From the NCBI RefSeq assembly GCF_964213995.1, contig NW_027590593.1, positions 62,001 through 126,000 on the forward strand: a stretch of DNA of 64,000 nt. Direction: 5' to 3'. This DNA comes from Mustelus asterias (taxonomy: Eukaryota). Positions 37,601-52,600 of the stretch are shown in pieces; the first letter of the stretch is position 1; every line of letters starts with the position of its first letter. The position numbers and the translations under genes were made by a program. The notes under the pieces are model-generated. The model was not told where the DNA came from and made no database searches. It saw nothing but the letters and a program-made list of their open reading frames with translations.

Positions 37601-40600
37601 CTCCCCTGGTTTACACATTCCCCTGATTTACACACACCCCTGGTTTACACACTCCCCTGGTTTACACACTGCCCTGGTTTACACACACCCCTGGTTTACA
37701 CACTCCCCTGGTTTACACACACCCCTGGTTTCCCCACACCCCTGGTTTACACACTCCCCTGGTTTACACACTCCCCTGGTTTACACACACCCCTGGTTTA
37801 CACACTCCCCTGGTTTACACACTCCCCTGGTTTACACACACCCCTGGTTTACACACTCCCCTGGTTTACACACACCCCTGGTTTACACACTCCCCTGGTT
37901 TACACACTCCCCTGGTTTACACACACCCCTGGTTTACACACTCCCCTGGTTTACACACACCCCTGGTTTACACACACCCCTGGTTTACACACTCCCCTGG
38001 TTTACACACACCCCTGGTTTACACACACCCCTGGTTTACACACACCCCTGGTTTACCCACACCCCTGGTTTACACACACCCCTGGTTTACACACTCCCCT
38101 GGTTTACACACTCCCCTGGTTTACACACACCCCTGGTTTACACACTCCCCTGGTTTACACACACCCCTGGTTTACACACTCCCCTGGTTTACACACACCC
38201 CTGGTTTACACACTCCCCTGGTTTACACACTCCCCTGGTTTACACACACCCCTGGTTTACACACTCCCCTGGTTTACACACACCCCTGGTTTACACACTC
38301 CCCTGGTTTACACACTCCCCTGGTTTACACACTCCCCTGGTTTACACACTGCCCTGGTTTACACACTCCCCTGGTTTACACACTCCCCTGGTTTACACAC
38401 ACCCCTGGTTTACACACTCCCCTGGTTTACACACACCCCTGGTTTACACACACCCCTGGTTTACACACACCCCTGGTTTACACACTCCCCTGGTTTACAC
38501 ACTCCCCGGTTTACACACACCCCTGGTTTACACACTCCCCTGGTTTACACACACCCCTGGTTTACACATTCCCCTGGTTTACACACACCCCTGGTTTACA
38601 CACTCCCCTGGTTTACACATTCCCCTGGTTTACACACACCCCTGGTTTACACACTCCCCTGGTTTACACACACCCCTGGTTTACACATTCCCCTGGTTTA
38701 CACACTCCCCTGGTTTACACATTCCCCTGGTTTACACATTCCCCTGGTTTACACACTCCCCTGGTTTACACATTCCCCTGGTTTACACACTCCCCTGGTT
38801 TACACACTCCCCTGGTTTAGACACTCCCCTGGTTTACACACTCCCCTGGTTTACACACACCCCTGGTTTACACACTCCCCTGGTTTACACACTCCCCTGG
38901 TTTAGACACTCCCCTGGTTTACACACTCCCCTGGTTTACACACTCCCCTGGTTTAGACACTCCCCTGGTTTACACATTCCCCTGGTTTACACACTCCCCT
39001 GGTTTACACACTCCCCTGGTTTACACATTCCCCTGGTTTACACACTCCCCTGGTTTACACACTCCCCTGGTTTAGACACTCCCCTGGTTTACACATTCCC
39101 CTGGTTTACACACTCCCCTGGTTTACACACTGCCCTGGTTTACACACACCCCTGGTTTACACACTCCCCTGGTTTACACACACCCCTGGTTTACACACTC
39201 CCCTGGTTTACACACTGCCCTGGTTTACACACACCCCTGGTTTACACACTCCCCTGGTTTACACACACCCCTGGTTTACACACTCCCCAGGTTTACACAC
39301 TCCCCTGGTTTAGACACTCCCCTGGTTTACACACACCCCTGGTTTACACACTCCCCTGGTTTACACACTCCCCTGGTTTACACACACCCCTGGTTTACAC
39401 ACTCCCCTGGTTTACACACTCCCCTGGTTTACACACTCCCCTGGTTTACACACACCCCTGATTTACACACTCCCCTGGTTTACACACTCCCCTGGTTTAC
39501 ACACTCCCCTGGTTTACACACTCCCCTGGTTTACACATTCCCCTGGTTTACACACTCCCCTGGTTTACACACTCCCCTGGTTTACACACACCCCTGGTTT
39601 ACACACTCCCCTGGTTTACACACTCCCCTGGTTTACACACTCCCCTGGTTTACACACACCCCTGGTTTACACACTCCCCTGGTTTACACACACCCCTGGT
39701 TTACAAACTCCCCTGGTTTACACACTCCCCTGGTTTACACACTCCCCTGCTTTACACACTCCCCTGGTTTAAACATTCCCCTGGTTTACACACTCCCCTG
39801 GTTTACACACTCCCCTGATTTACAAACTCCCCTGGTTTACACACTCCCCTGGTTTACACACTCCCCTGGTTTACACACTCCCCTGGTTTACTCACTCCCC
39901 TGGTTTACACACTGCCCTGGTTTACACACTCCCCTGGTTTACACACACCCCTGGTTTACACACTCCCCTGGTTTACACACTGCCCTGGTTTACACACTCC
40001 CCTGGTTTACTCACTCCCCTGGTTTACACACTGCCCTGGTTTACACACTCCCCTGGTTTACACACTCCCCTGGTTTACACACTGCCCTGGTTTACACACT
40101 CCCCTGGTTTACTCACTCCCCTGGTTTACACACTGCCCTGGTTTACACACTCCCCTGGTTTACACACTCCCCTGGTTTACACACTGCCCTGGTTTACACA
40201 CTCCCCTGGTTTACTCACTCCCCTGGTTTACACACTGCCCTGGTTTACACACTGCCCTGGTTTACACACTCCCCTGGTTTACACACTCCCCTGGTTTACA
40301 CACTCCCCTGGTTTACTCACTCCCCTGGTTTACACACACCCCTGGTTTACACACTCCCCTGGTTTACACACACCCCTGGTTTACACACTGCCCTGGTTTA
40401 CACACTCCCCTGGTTTACACACTGCCCTGGTTTACACACTGCCCTGGTTTACACACTCCCCTGGTTTACACACTCCCCTGGTTTACACACTCCCCTGGTT
40501 TACACACTCCCCTGGTTTACACATTCCCCTGGTTTACACACTCCCCTGGTTTACACACTCCCCTGGTTTACACACACCCCTGGTTTACACACACCCCTGG

Positions 40601-43600
40601 TTTACACACACCCCTGGTTTACACACACCCCTGGTTTACCCACACCCCTGGTTTACACACTCCCCTGGTTTACACACACCCCTGGTTTACACACTCCCCT
40701 GGTTTACACACACCCCTGGTTTACACACTCCCCTGGTTTACACACACCCCTGGTTTACCCACACCCCTGGTTTACACACTCCCCTGGTTTACACACACCC
40801 CTGGTTTACACATTCCCCTGGTTTACACACTCCCCTGGTTTACACATTCCCCTGGTTTACACACACCCCTGGTTTACACACTCCCCTGGTTTGCACACAC
40901 CCCTGGTTTACACAGTCCCCTGGTTTACACACACCCCTGGTTTACACACTCCCCTGGTTTACACACACCCCTGGTTAACACACTCCCCTGGTTTACTCAC
41001 TCCCCTGGTTTACACACTCCCCTGGTTTACACACTCCCCTGGTTCACACACCCCTGGTTTACACACTCCCCTGGTTTACTCACTCCCCTGGTTTACACAC
41101 TCCCCTGGTTTACACACTCCCCTGGTTTACACACTCCCCTGGTTCACACACCCCTGGTTTACACACTCCCCTGGTTTACACACTCCCCTGGTTTACACAC
41201 TCCCCTGGTTCACACACCCCTGGTTTACACACTCCCCTGGTTTACACACTCCCCTGGTTTACACACTCCCCTGGTTCACACACCCCTGGTTTACACACTC
41301 CCCTGGTTTACACACTCCCCTGGTTTACACACTCCCCTGGTTTACACACTCCCCTGGTTCACACACCCCTGGTTTACACACTCCCCTGGTTTACACACTC
41401 CCCTGATTTACACACACACCCCTGGTTTACACACTCCCCTGGTTTACACACTCCCCTGGTTTACACACACACCCCTGGTTTACACACTCCCCTGGTTTAC
41501 ACACTCCCCTGGTTTACACACTCCCCTGGTTTACACACTCCCCTGGTTCACACACCCCTGGTTTACACACACACCCCTGGTTTACACACTCCCCTGGTTT
41601 ACACACTCCCCTGGTTTACACACTCCCCTGGTTTACACACACCCCTGGTTTACACACTCCCCTGGTTTACACACTCCCCTGGTTTACACACACACCCCTG
41701 GTTTACACACTCCCCTGGTTTACACACACCCCTGGTTTACACACTCCCCTGGTTTACACACACACCCCTGGTTTACACACTCCCCTGGTTTACACACTCC
41801 CCTGGTTTACACACTCCCCTGGTTTACACACTCCCCTGGTTTACACACTCCCCTGGTTTACACACACCCCTGGTTTACACACTTCCCTGGTTTACACACA
41901 CCCCTGGTTTACACACTCCCCTGGTTTACACACTCCCCTGGTTTACACACACCCCTGGTTTACACACTGCCCTGGTTTACACATTCCCCTGGTTTACACA
42001 CTCCCCTGGTTTACACACTCCCCTGGTTTACACACACCCCTGGTTTACACACTCCCCTGGTTTACACACACCCCTGGTTTACACACTGCCCTGGTTTACA
42101 CACTCCCCTGGTTTACACACTCCCCTGGTTTACACACTCCCCTGGTTTACACATTCCCCTGGTTTACACACTCCCCTGGTTTACACACTCCCCTGGTTTA
42201 CACATTCCCCTGGTTTACACACTCCCCTGGTTTACACATTCCCCTGATTTACACACACCCCTGGTTTACACACTCCCCTGGTTTACACACTGCCCTGGTT
42301 TACACACACCCCTGGTTTACACACTCCCCTGGTTTACACACACCCCTGGTTTCCCCACACCCCTGGTTTACACACACCCCTGGTTTACACACTCCCCTGG
42401 TTTACACACTCCCCTGGTTTACACACACCCCTGGTTTACACACTCCCCTGGTTTACACACACCCCTGGTTTACACACTCCCCTGGTTTACACACTCCCCT
42501 GGTTTACACACACCCCTGGTTTACCCACACCCCTGGTTTACACACACCCCTGGTTTACCCACACCCCTGGTTTACACACACCCCTGGTTTACACACTCCC
42601 CTGGTTTACACACTCCCCTGGTTTACACACACCCCTGGTTTACACACTCCCCTGGTTTACACACACCCCTGGTTTACACACTCCCCTGGTTTACACACAC
42701 CCCTGGTTTACACACTCCCCTGGTTTACACACTCCCCTGGTTTACACACACCCCTGGTTTACACACTCCCCTGGTTTACACACACCCCTGGTTTACACAC
42801 TCCCCTGGTTTACACACTCCCCTGGTTTACACACTCCCCTGGTTTACACACACCCCTGGTTTACACACTCCCCTGGTTTACACACTCCCCTGGTTTACAC
42901 ACTCCCCTGGTTTACACACTCCCCTGGTTTACACACTCCCCTGGTTTACACACTGCCCTGGTTTACACACTCCCCTGGTTTACACACTCCCCTGGTTTAC
43001 ACACACCCCTGGTTTACACACTCCCCTGGTTTACACACACCCCTGGTTTACACACACCCCTGGTTTACACACACCCCTGGTTTACACACTCCCCTGGTTT
43101 ACACACTCCCCGGTTTACACACACCCCTGGTTTACACATTCCCCTGGTTTACACACTCCCCTGGTTTACACATTCCCCTGGTTTACACACACCCCTGGTT
43201 TACACACTCCCCTGGTTTACACACACCCCTGGTTTACACATTCCCCTGGTTTACACACTCCCCTGGTTTACACATTCCCCTGGTTTACACATTCCCCTGG
43301 TTTACACACTCCCCTGGTTTACACATTCCCCTGGTTTACACACTCCCCTGGTTTACACATTCCCCTGGTTTACACACTCCCCTGGTTTACACACTCCCCT
43401 GGTTTAGACACTCCCCTGGTTTACACACTCCCCTGGTTTACACACACCCCTGGTTTACACACTCCCCTGGTTTACACACTCCCCTGGTTTAGACACTCCC
43501 CTGGTTTACACACTCCCCTGGTTTACACCCTCCCCTGGTTTAGACACTCCCCTGGTTTACACATTCCCCTGGTTTACACACTCCCCTGGTTTACACACTC

Positions 43601-46600
43601 CCCTGGTTTACACATTCCCCTGGTTTACACACTCCCCTGGTTTACACACTCCCCTGGTTTAGACACTCCCCTGGTTTACACATTCCCCTGGTTTACACAC
43701 TCCCCTGGTTTACACACTGCCCTGGTTTACACACACCCCTGGTTTACACACTCCCCTGGTTTACACACACCCCTGGTTTACACACTCCCCTGGTTTACAC
43801 ACTCCCCTGGTTTACACACACCCCTGGTTTACACACTCCCCAGGTTTACACACTCCCCTGGTTTAGACACTCCCCTGGTTTACACACACCCCTGGTTTAC
43901 ACACTCCCCTGGTTTACACACTCCCCTGGTTTACACACACCCCTGGTTTACACACACCCCTGATTTACACACTCCCCTGGTTTACACACTCCCCTGGTTT
44001 ACACACTCCCCTGGTTTACACACACCCCTGATTTACACACTCCCCTGGTTTACACACTCCCCTGGTTTACACACTCCCCTGGTTTACACACTCCCCTGGT
44101 TTACACATTCCCCTGGTTTACACACTCCCCTGGTTTACACACTCCCCTGGTTTACACACACCCCTGGTTTACACACTCCCCTGGTTTACACACTCCCCTG
44201 GTTTACACACACCCCTGGTTTACACACTCCCCTGGTTTACACACTCCCCTGGTTTACACACACCCCTGGTTTACAAACTCCCCTGGTTTACACACTCCCC
44301 TGGTTTACACACTCCCCTGCTTTACACACTCCCCTGGTTTAAACATTCCCCTGGTTTACACACTCCCCTGGTTTACACACTCCCCTGGTTTACAAACTCC
44401 CCTGGTTTACACACTCCCCTGGTTTGCACACTCCCCTGGTTTACAAACTCCCCTGGTTTACACACTCCCCTGGTTTACACACACCCCTGGTTTACACACA
44501 CCCCTGGTTTACACACACCCCTGGTTTACACACTCCCCTGGTTTACAAACTCCCCGGGTTTACACACTCCCCTGGTTTACAAACTCCCCTGGTTTACACA
44601 CTCCCCTGGTTTACACACACCCCTGGTTTACACACACCCCTGGTTTACACACTCCCCTGGTTTACACACACCCCTGGTTTACAAACTCCCCTGGTTTACA
44701 CACTCCCCTGGTTTACACACTCCCCTGGTTTACACACTCCCCTGGTTTGCACACTCCCCTGGTTTACAAACTCCCCTGGTTTACACACTCCCCTGGTTTA
44801 CACACACCCCTGGTTTACACACACCCCTGGTTTACACACTCCCCTGGTTTACAAACTCCCCGGGTTTACACACTCCCCTGGTTTACAAACTCCCCTGGTT
44901 TACACATTCCCCTGGTTTACACACTCCCCTGGTTTACACAATCCCCTGGTTTACACACTGCCCTGGTTTACACAATCCCCTGGTTTACACACTCCCCTGG
45001 TTTACACAATCCCCTGGTTTACACACTCCCCTGGTTTACACACTCCCCTGGTTTACACACTGCCCTGGTTTACACAATCCCCTGGTTTACACACTCCCCT
45101 GGTTTACAAACTCCCCGGGTTTACACACTCCCCTGGTTTACAAACTCCCCTGGTTTACACACTCCCCTGGTTTACACACACCCCTGATTTACACACACCC
45201 CTGGTTTACTCACTCCCCTGGTTTACACAATCCCCTGGTTTACACACTCCCCTGGTATACACAATCCCCTGGTTTACACACTGCCCTGGTTTACACAATC
45301 CCCTGGTTTACACACTCCCCTGGTTTACACAATCCCCTGGTTTACACACTCCCCTGGTTTACACACTCCCCTGGTTTACACACACCCCTGGTTTACACAC
45401 TCCCCTGGTTTACACACTCCCCTGGTTTACACACACCCCTGGTTTCCACACTCCCCTGGTTTACACACTCCCCTGGTTTACACACACCCCTGGTTTACAC
45501 ACTCCCCTGGTTTACACACACCCCTGGTTTACTCACTCCCCTGGTTTACACATTCCCCTGGTTTACACACTCCCCTGGTTTACACACTCCCCTGGTTTAC
45601 ACACTCCCCTGGTTTACACACTCCCCTGGTTTACACAATCCCCTGGTTTACACACTCCCCTGGTTTACACACTCCCCTGGTTTACACACTCCCCTGGTTT
45701 ACACAATCCCCTGGTTTACACACTCCCCTGGTTTACACACTCCCCTGGTTTACTCACTCCCCTGGTTTACACACTCCCCTGGTTTACACACTCCCCTGGT
45801 TTACAAACTCCCCTGGTTTACACACTCCCCTGATTTACAAACTCCCCTGGTTTACACACTCCCCTGGTTTACACATTCCCCTGATTTACAAACTCCCCTG
45901 GTTTACACACTCCCCTGGTTTACAAACTCCCCTGGTTTACACACTCCCCTGGTTTACACACACCCCTGGTTTACACACTCCCCTGGTTTACACACTCCCC
46001 TGGTTTACAAACTCCCCTGGTTTACACAATCCCCTGGTTTACACACTCCCCTGGTTTACTCACTCCCCTGGTTTACACACACCCCTGGTTTACACACTCC
46101 CCTGGTTTGCACACTCCCCTGGTTTACAAACTCCCCTGGTTTGCACACTCCCCTGGTTTACTCACGCCCCTGGTTTACACACTCCCCTGGTTTACACACT
46201 CCCCTGGTTTGCACAGTCCCCTGGTTTGCACACTCCCCTGGTTTACAAACACCCCTGGTTTACACACTCCCCTGGTTTACAAACTCCCCTGGTTTACACA
46301 CTCCCCTGGTTTGCACACTCCCCTGGTTTACAAACACCCCTGGTTTACACACTCCCCTGGTTTACAAACTCCCCTGGTTTACAAACTCCCCTGGTTTGCA
46401 CACTCCCCTGGTTTGCACACTCCCCTGGTTTACAAACTCCCCTGGTTTACACACTCCCCTGGTTTGCACACTCCCCTGGTTTGCACACTCCCCTGGTTTA
46501 CAAACACCCCTGGTTTACACACTCCCCTGGTTTACACACTCCCCTGGTTTACAAACTCCCCTGGTTTACAAACTCCCCTGGTTTGCACACTCCCCTGGTT

Positions 46601-49600
46601 TACACACTCCCCTGGTTTACACACTCCCCTGGTTTACACACTCCCCTGGTTTGCACACTCCCCTGGTTTACACATTCCCCTGGTTTACACACACCCCTGG
46701 TTTACACACTCCCCTGGTTTACACACTCCCCTGGTTTACACACTCCCCTGGTTTACACATTCCCCTGGTTTACACACTCCCCTGGTTTACACACTCCCCT
46801 GGTTTACAAACTCCCCTGGTTTGCACACTCCCCTGGTTTGCACACTCCCCTGGTTTACAAACTCCCCTGGTTTACACACTCCCCTGGTTTACACACTCCC
46901 CTGGTTTACACACTCCCCTGGTTTACTCACTCCCCTGGTTTACACACTCCCCTGGTTTACACACTCCCCTGCTTTACAAACTCCCCTGGTTTACACACTC
47001 CCCTGGTTTACACACTCCCCTGGTTTACACATTCCCCTGGTTTACACACACCCCTGGTTTACACACTCCCCTGGTTTACACACTGCCCTGGTTTACACAC
47101 ACCCCTGGTTTACACACACCCCTGGTTTACACACTCCCCTGGTTTACACATTCCCCTGGTTTACACACTCCCCTGGTTTACACACTCCCCTGGTTTACAC
47201 ACTCCCCTGGTTGACACATTCCCCTGGTTTACACACTCCCCTGGTTTACACACTCCCCTGGTTTACAAACTCCCCTGGTTTGCACACTCCCCTGGTTTGC
47301 ACACTCCCCTGGTTTACAAACTCCCCTGGTTTACAAACTCCCCTGGTTTACAAACTCCCCTGGTTTGCACACTCCCCTGGTTTACACACTCCCCTGGTTT
47401 ACACACTCCCCTGGTTTGCACACTCCCCTGGTTTACACACTCCCCTGGTTTGCACACTGCCCTGGTTTACACACTCCCCTGGTTTACACACTCCCCTGGT
47501 TTACACACTCCCCTGGTTTCCACAATCCCCTGGTTTACACACTCCCCTGGTTTACTCACTCCCCTGGTTTACACACTCCCCTGGTTTACACACTCGCCTG
47601 GTTTACAAACTCCCCTGGTTTACAAACTCCCCTGGTTTACACAATCCCCTGGTTTACACACTCCCCTGGTTTACTCACTCCCCTGGTTTACACATTCCCC
47701 TGGTTTACACACTCCCCTGGTTTACACACTCCCCTGGTTTACACAATCCCCTGGTTTACACACTCCCCTGGTTTACACACTCCCCTGGTTTACAAACTCC
47801 CCTGGTTTACTCACTCCCCTGGTTTACACACTCCCCTGGTTTACCCACACCCCTGGTTTACACAATCCCCTGGTTTACACACTCCCCTGGTTTACACACT
47901 CCCCTGCTTTACACACTCCCCTGCTTTACAAACTCCCCTGGTTTACACACTCCCCTGGTTTGCACACTCCCCTGGTTTACACACTCCCCTGGTTTACACA
48001 CTCCCCTGGTTTACACAATCCCCTGATTTACACATTCCCCTGGTTTACACACACCCCTGGTTTACACACTCCCCTGGTTTACACAATCCCCTGATTTACA
48101 CATTCCCCTGGTTTACACACTCCCCTGGTTTACACACTCCCCTGGTTTACACACTGCCCTGGTTTACACACTCCCCTGATTTACACACTCCCCTGGTTTA
48201 CACACTCCCCTGGTTTACACACTCCCCTGGTTTACACAATCCCCTGGTTTACACACACCCCTGGTTTACACACTCCCCTGGTTTACACACTCCCCTGGTT
48301 TGCACACTCCCCTGGTTTACACACACCCCTGGTTTACACACACCCCTGGTTTACACACTCCCCTGGTTTACACACACACCCCTGGTTTACACACTCCCCT
48401 GGTTTACACACTCCCCTGGTTTACACACTCCCCTGGTTTACACACTCCCCTGGTTTACACACTCCCCTGGTTTACACACACCCCTGGTTTACACACTTCC
48501 CTGGTTTACACACACCCCTGGTTTACACACTCCCCTGGTTTACACACTCCCCTGGTTTACACACACCCCTGGTTTACACACTGCCCTGGTTTACACATTC
48601 CCCTGGTTTACACACTCCCCTGGTTTACACACTCCCCTGGTTTACACACACCCCTGGTTTACACACTCCCCTGGTTTACACACACCCCTGGTTTACACAC
48701 TGCCCTGGTTTACACACTCCCCTGGTTTACACACTCCCCTGGTTTACACACTCCCCTGGTTTACACACTCCCCTGGTTTACACATTCCCCTGGTTTACAC
48801 ACTCCCCTGGTTTACACACTCCCCTGGTTTACACACTCCCCTGGTTTACACATTCCCCTGATTTACACACACCCCTGGTTTACACACTCCCCTGGTTTAC
48901 ACACTGCCCTGGTTTACACACACCCCTGGTTTACACACTCCCCTGGTTTACACACACCCCTGGTTTCCCCACACCCCTGGTTTACACACACCCCTGGTTT
49001 ACACACTCCCCTGGTTTACACACACCCCTGGTTTACACACTCCCCTGGTTTACACACACCCCTGGTTTACACACTCCCCTGGTTTACACACTCCCCTGGT
49101 TTACACACACCCCTGGTTTACCCACACCCCTGGTTTACACACACCGCTGGTTTACCCACACCCCTGGTTTACACACACCCCTGGTTTACACACTCCCCTG
49201 GTTTACACACTCCCCTGGTTTACACACACCCCTGGTTTACACACTCCCCTGGTTTACACACACCCCTGGTTTACACACTCCCCTGGTTTACACACACCCC
49301 TGGTTTACACACTCCCCTGGTTTACACACTCCCCTGGTTTACACACACCCATGGTTTACACACTCCCCTGGTTTACACACACCCCTGGTTTACACACTCC
49401 CCTGGTTTACACACTCCCCTGGTTTACACACACCCCTGGTTTACACACTCCCCTGGTTTACACACTCCCCTGGTTTACACACACCCCTGGTTTACACACT
49501 CCCCTGGTTTACACACTCCCCTGGTTTACACACTCCCCTGGTTTACACACTCCCCTGGTTTACACACTCCCCTGGTTTACACACTCCCCTGGTTTACACA

Positions 49601-52600
49601 CACCCCTGGTTTACACACTCCCCTGGTTTACACACACCCCTGGTTTACACACACCCCTGGTTTACACACACCCCTGGTTTACACACTCCCCTGGTTTACA
49701 CACTCCCCGGTTTACACACACCCCTGGTTTACACATTCCCCTGGTTTACACACTCCCCTGGTTTACACATTCCCCTGGTTTACACACACCCCTGGTTTAC
49801 ACACTCCCCTGGTTTACACACACCCCTGGTTTACACATTCCCCTGGTTTACACACTCCCCTGGTTTACACATTCCCCTGGTTTACACATTCCCCTGGTTT
49901 ACACACTCCCCTGGTTTACACATTCCCCTGGTTTACACACTCCCCTGGTTTACACATTCCCCTGGTTTACACACTCCCCTGGTTTACACACTCCCCTGGT
50001 TTAGACACTCCCCTGGTTTACACACTCCCCTGGTTTACACACACCCCTGGTTTACACACTCCCCTGGTTTACACACTCCCCTGGTTTAGACACTCCCCTG
50101 GTTTACACACTCCCCTGGTTTACACCCTCCCCTGGTTTAGACACTCCCCTGGTTTACACATTCCCCTGGTTTACACACTCCCCTGGTTTACACACTCCCC
50201 TGGTTTACACATTCCCCTGGTTTACACACTCCCCTGGTTTACACACTCCCCTGGTTTAGACACTCCCCTGGTTTACACATTCCCCTGGTTTACACACTCC
50301 CCTGGTTTACACACTGCCCTGGTTTACACACACCCCTGGTTTACACACTCCCCTGGTTTACACACACCCCTGGTTTACACACTCCCCTGGTTTACACACT
50401 CCCCTGGTTTACACACACCCCTGGTTTACACACTCCCCAGGTTTACACACTCCCCTGGTTTAGACACTCCCCTGGTTTACACACACCCCTGGTTTACACA
50501 CTCCCCTGGTTTACACACTCCCCTGGTTTACACACACCCCTGGTTTACACACACCCCTGATTTACACACTCCCCTGGTTTACACACTCCCCTGGTTTACA
50601 CACTCCCCTGGTTTACACACACCCCTGATTTACACACTCCCCTGGTTTACACACTCCCCTGGTTTACACACTCCCCTGGTTTACACACTCCCCTGGTTTA
50701 CACATTCCCCTGGTTTACACACTCCCCTGGTTTACACACTCCCCTGGTTTACACACACCCCTGGTTTACACACTCCCCTGGTTTACACACTCCCCTGGTT
50801 TACACACACCCCTGGTTTACACACTCCCCTGGTTTACACACTCCCCTGGTTTACACACACCCCTGGTTTACAAACTCCCCTGGTTTACACACTCCCCTGG
50901 TTTACACACTCCCCTGCTTTACACACTCCCCTGGTTTAAACATTCCCCTGGTTTACACACTCCCCTGGTTTACACACTCCCCTGGTTTACAAACTCCCCT
51001 GGTTTACACACTCCCCTGGTTTGCACACTCCCCTGGTTTACAAACTCCCCTGGTTTACACACTCCCCTGGTTTACACACACCCCTGGTTTACACACACCC
51101 CTGGTTTACACACACCCCTGGTTTACACACTCCCCTGGTTTACAAACTCCCCGGGTTTACACACTCCCCTGGTTTACAAACTCCCCTGGTTTACACACTC
51201 CCCTGGTTTACACACACCCCTGGTTTACACACACCCCTGGTTTACACACTCCCCTGGTTTACAAACTCCCCTGGTTTACACACTCCCCTGGTTTGCACAC
51301 TCCCCTGGTTTACAAACTCCCCTGGTTTACACACTCCCCTGGTTTACACACACCCCTGGTTTACACATTCCCCTGGTTTACACACTCCCCTGGTTTACAC
51401 ACACCCCTGGTTTACACATTCCCCTGGTTTACACACTCCCCTGGTTTACACACACCCCTGGTTTACACACTCCCCTGGTTTACAAACTCCCCGGGTTTAC
51501 ACACTCCCCTGGTTTACAAACTCCCCTGGTTTACACATTCCCCTGGTTTACACACTCCCCTGGTTTACACAATCCCCTGGTTTACACACTGCCCTGGTTT
51601 ACACAATCCCCTGGTTTACACACTCCCCTGGTTTACACAATCCCCTGGTTTACACACTCCCCTGGTTTACACACTCCCCTGGTTTACACACTGCCCTGGT
51701 TTACACAATCCCCTGGTTTACACACTCCCCTGGTTTACAAACTCCCCGGGTTTACACACTCCCCTGGTTTACAAACTCCCCTGGTTTACACACTCCCCTG
51801 GTTTACACACACCCCTGATTTACACACACCCCTGGTTTACTCACTCCCCTGGTTTACACAATCCCCTGGTTTACACAATCCCCTGGTTTACACACTCCCC
51901 TGGTTTACAAACTCCCCGGGTTTACACACTCCCCTGGTTTACAAACTCCCCTGGTTTACACACTCCCCTGGTTTACACACACCCCTGATTTACACACACC
52001 CCTGGTTTACACACTCCCCTGGTATACACAATCCCCTGGTTTACACACTGCCCTGGTTTACACAATCCCCTGGTTTACACACTCCCCTGGTTTACACAAT
52101 CCCCTGGTTTACACACTCCCCTGGTTTACACACTCCCCTGGTTTACACACACCCCTGGTTTACACACTCCCCTGGTTTACACACTCCCCTGGTTTACACA
52201 CACCCCTGGTTTCCACACTCCCCTGGTTTACACACTCCCCTGGTTTACACACACCCCTGGTTTACACACTCCCCTGGTTTACACACACCCCTGGTTTACT
52301 CACTCCCCTGGTTTACACATTCCCCTGGTTTACACACTCCCCTGGTTTACACACTCCCCTGGTTTACACACTCCCCTGGTTTACACACTCCCCTGGTTTA
52401 CACAATCCCCTGGTTTACACACTCCCCTGGTTTACACACTCCCCTGGTTTACACACTCCCCTGGTTTACACAATCCCCTGGTTTACACACTCCCCTGGTT
52501 TACACACTCCCCTGGTTTACTCACTCCCCTGGTTTACACACTCCCCTGGTTTACACACTCCCCTGGTTTACAAACTCCCCTGGTTTACACACTCCCCTGA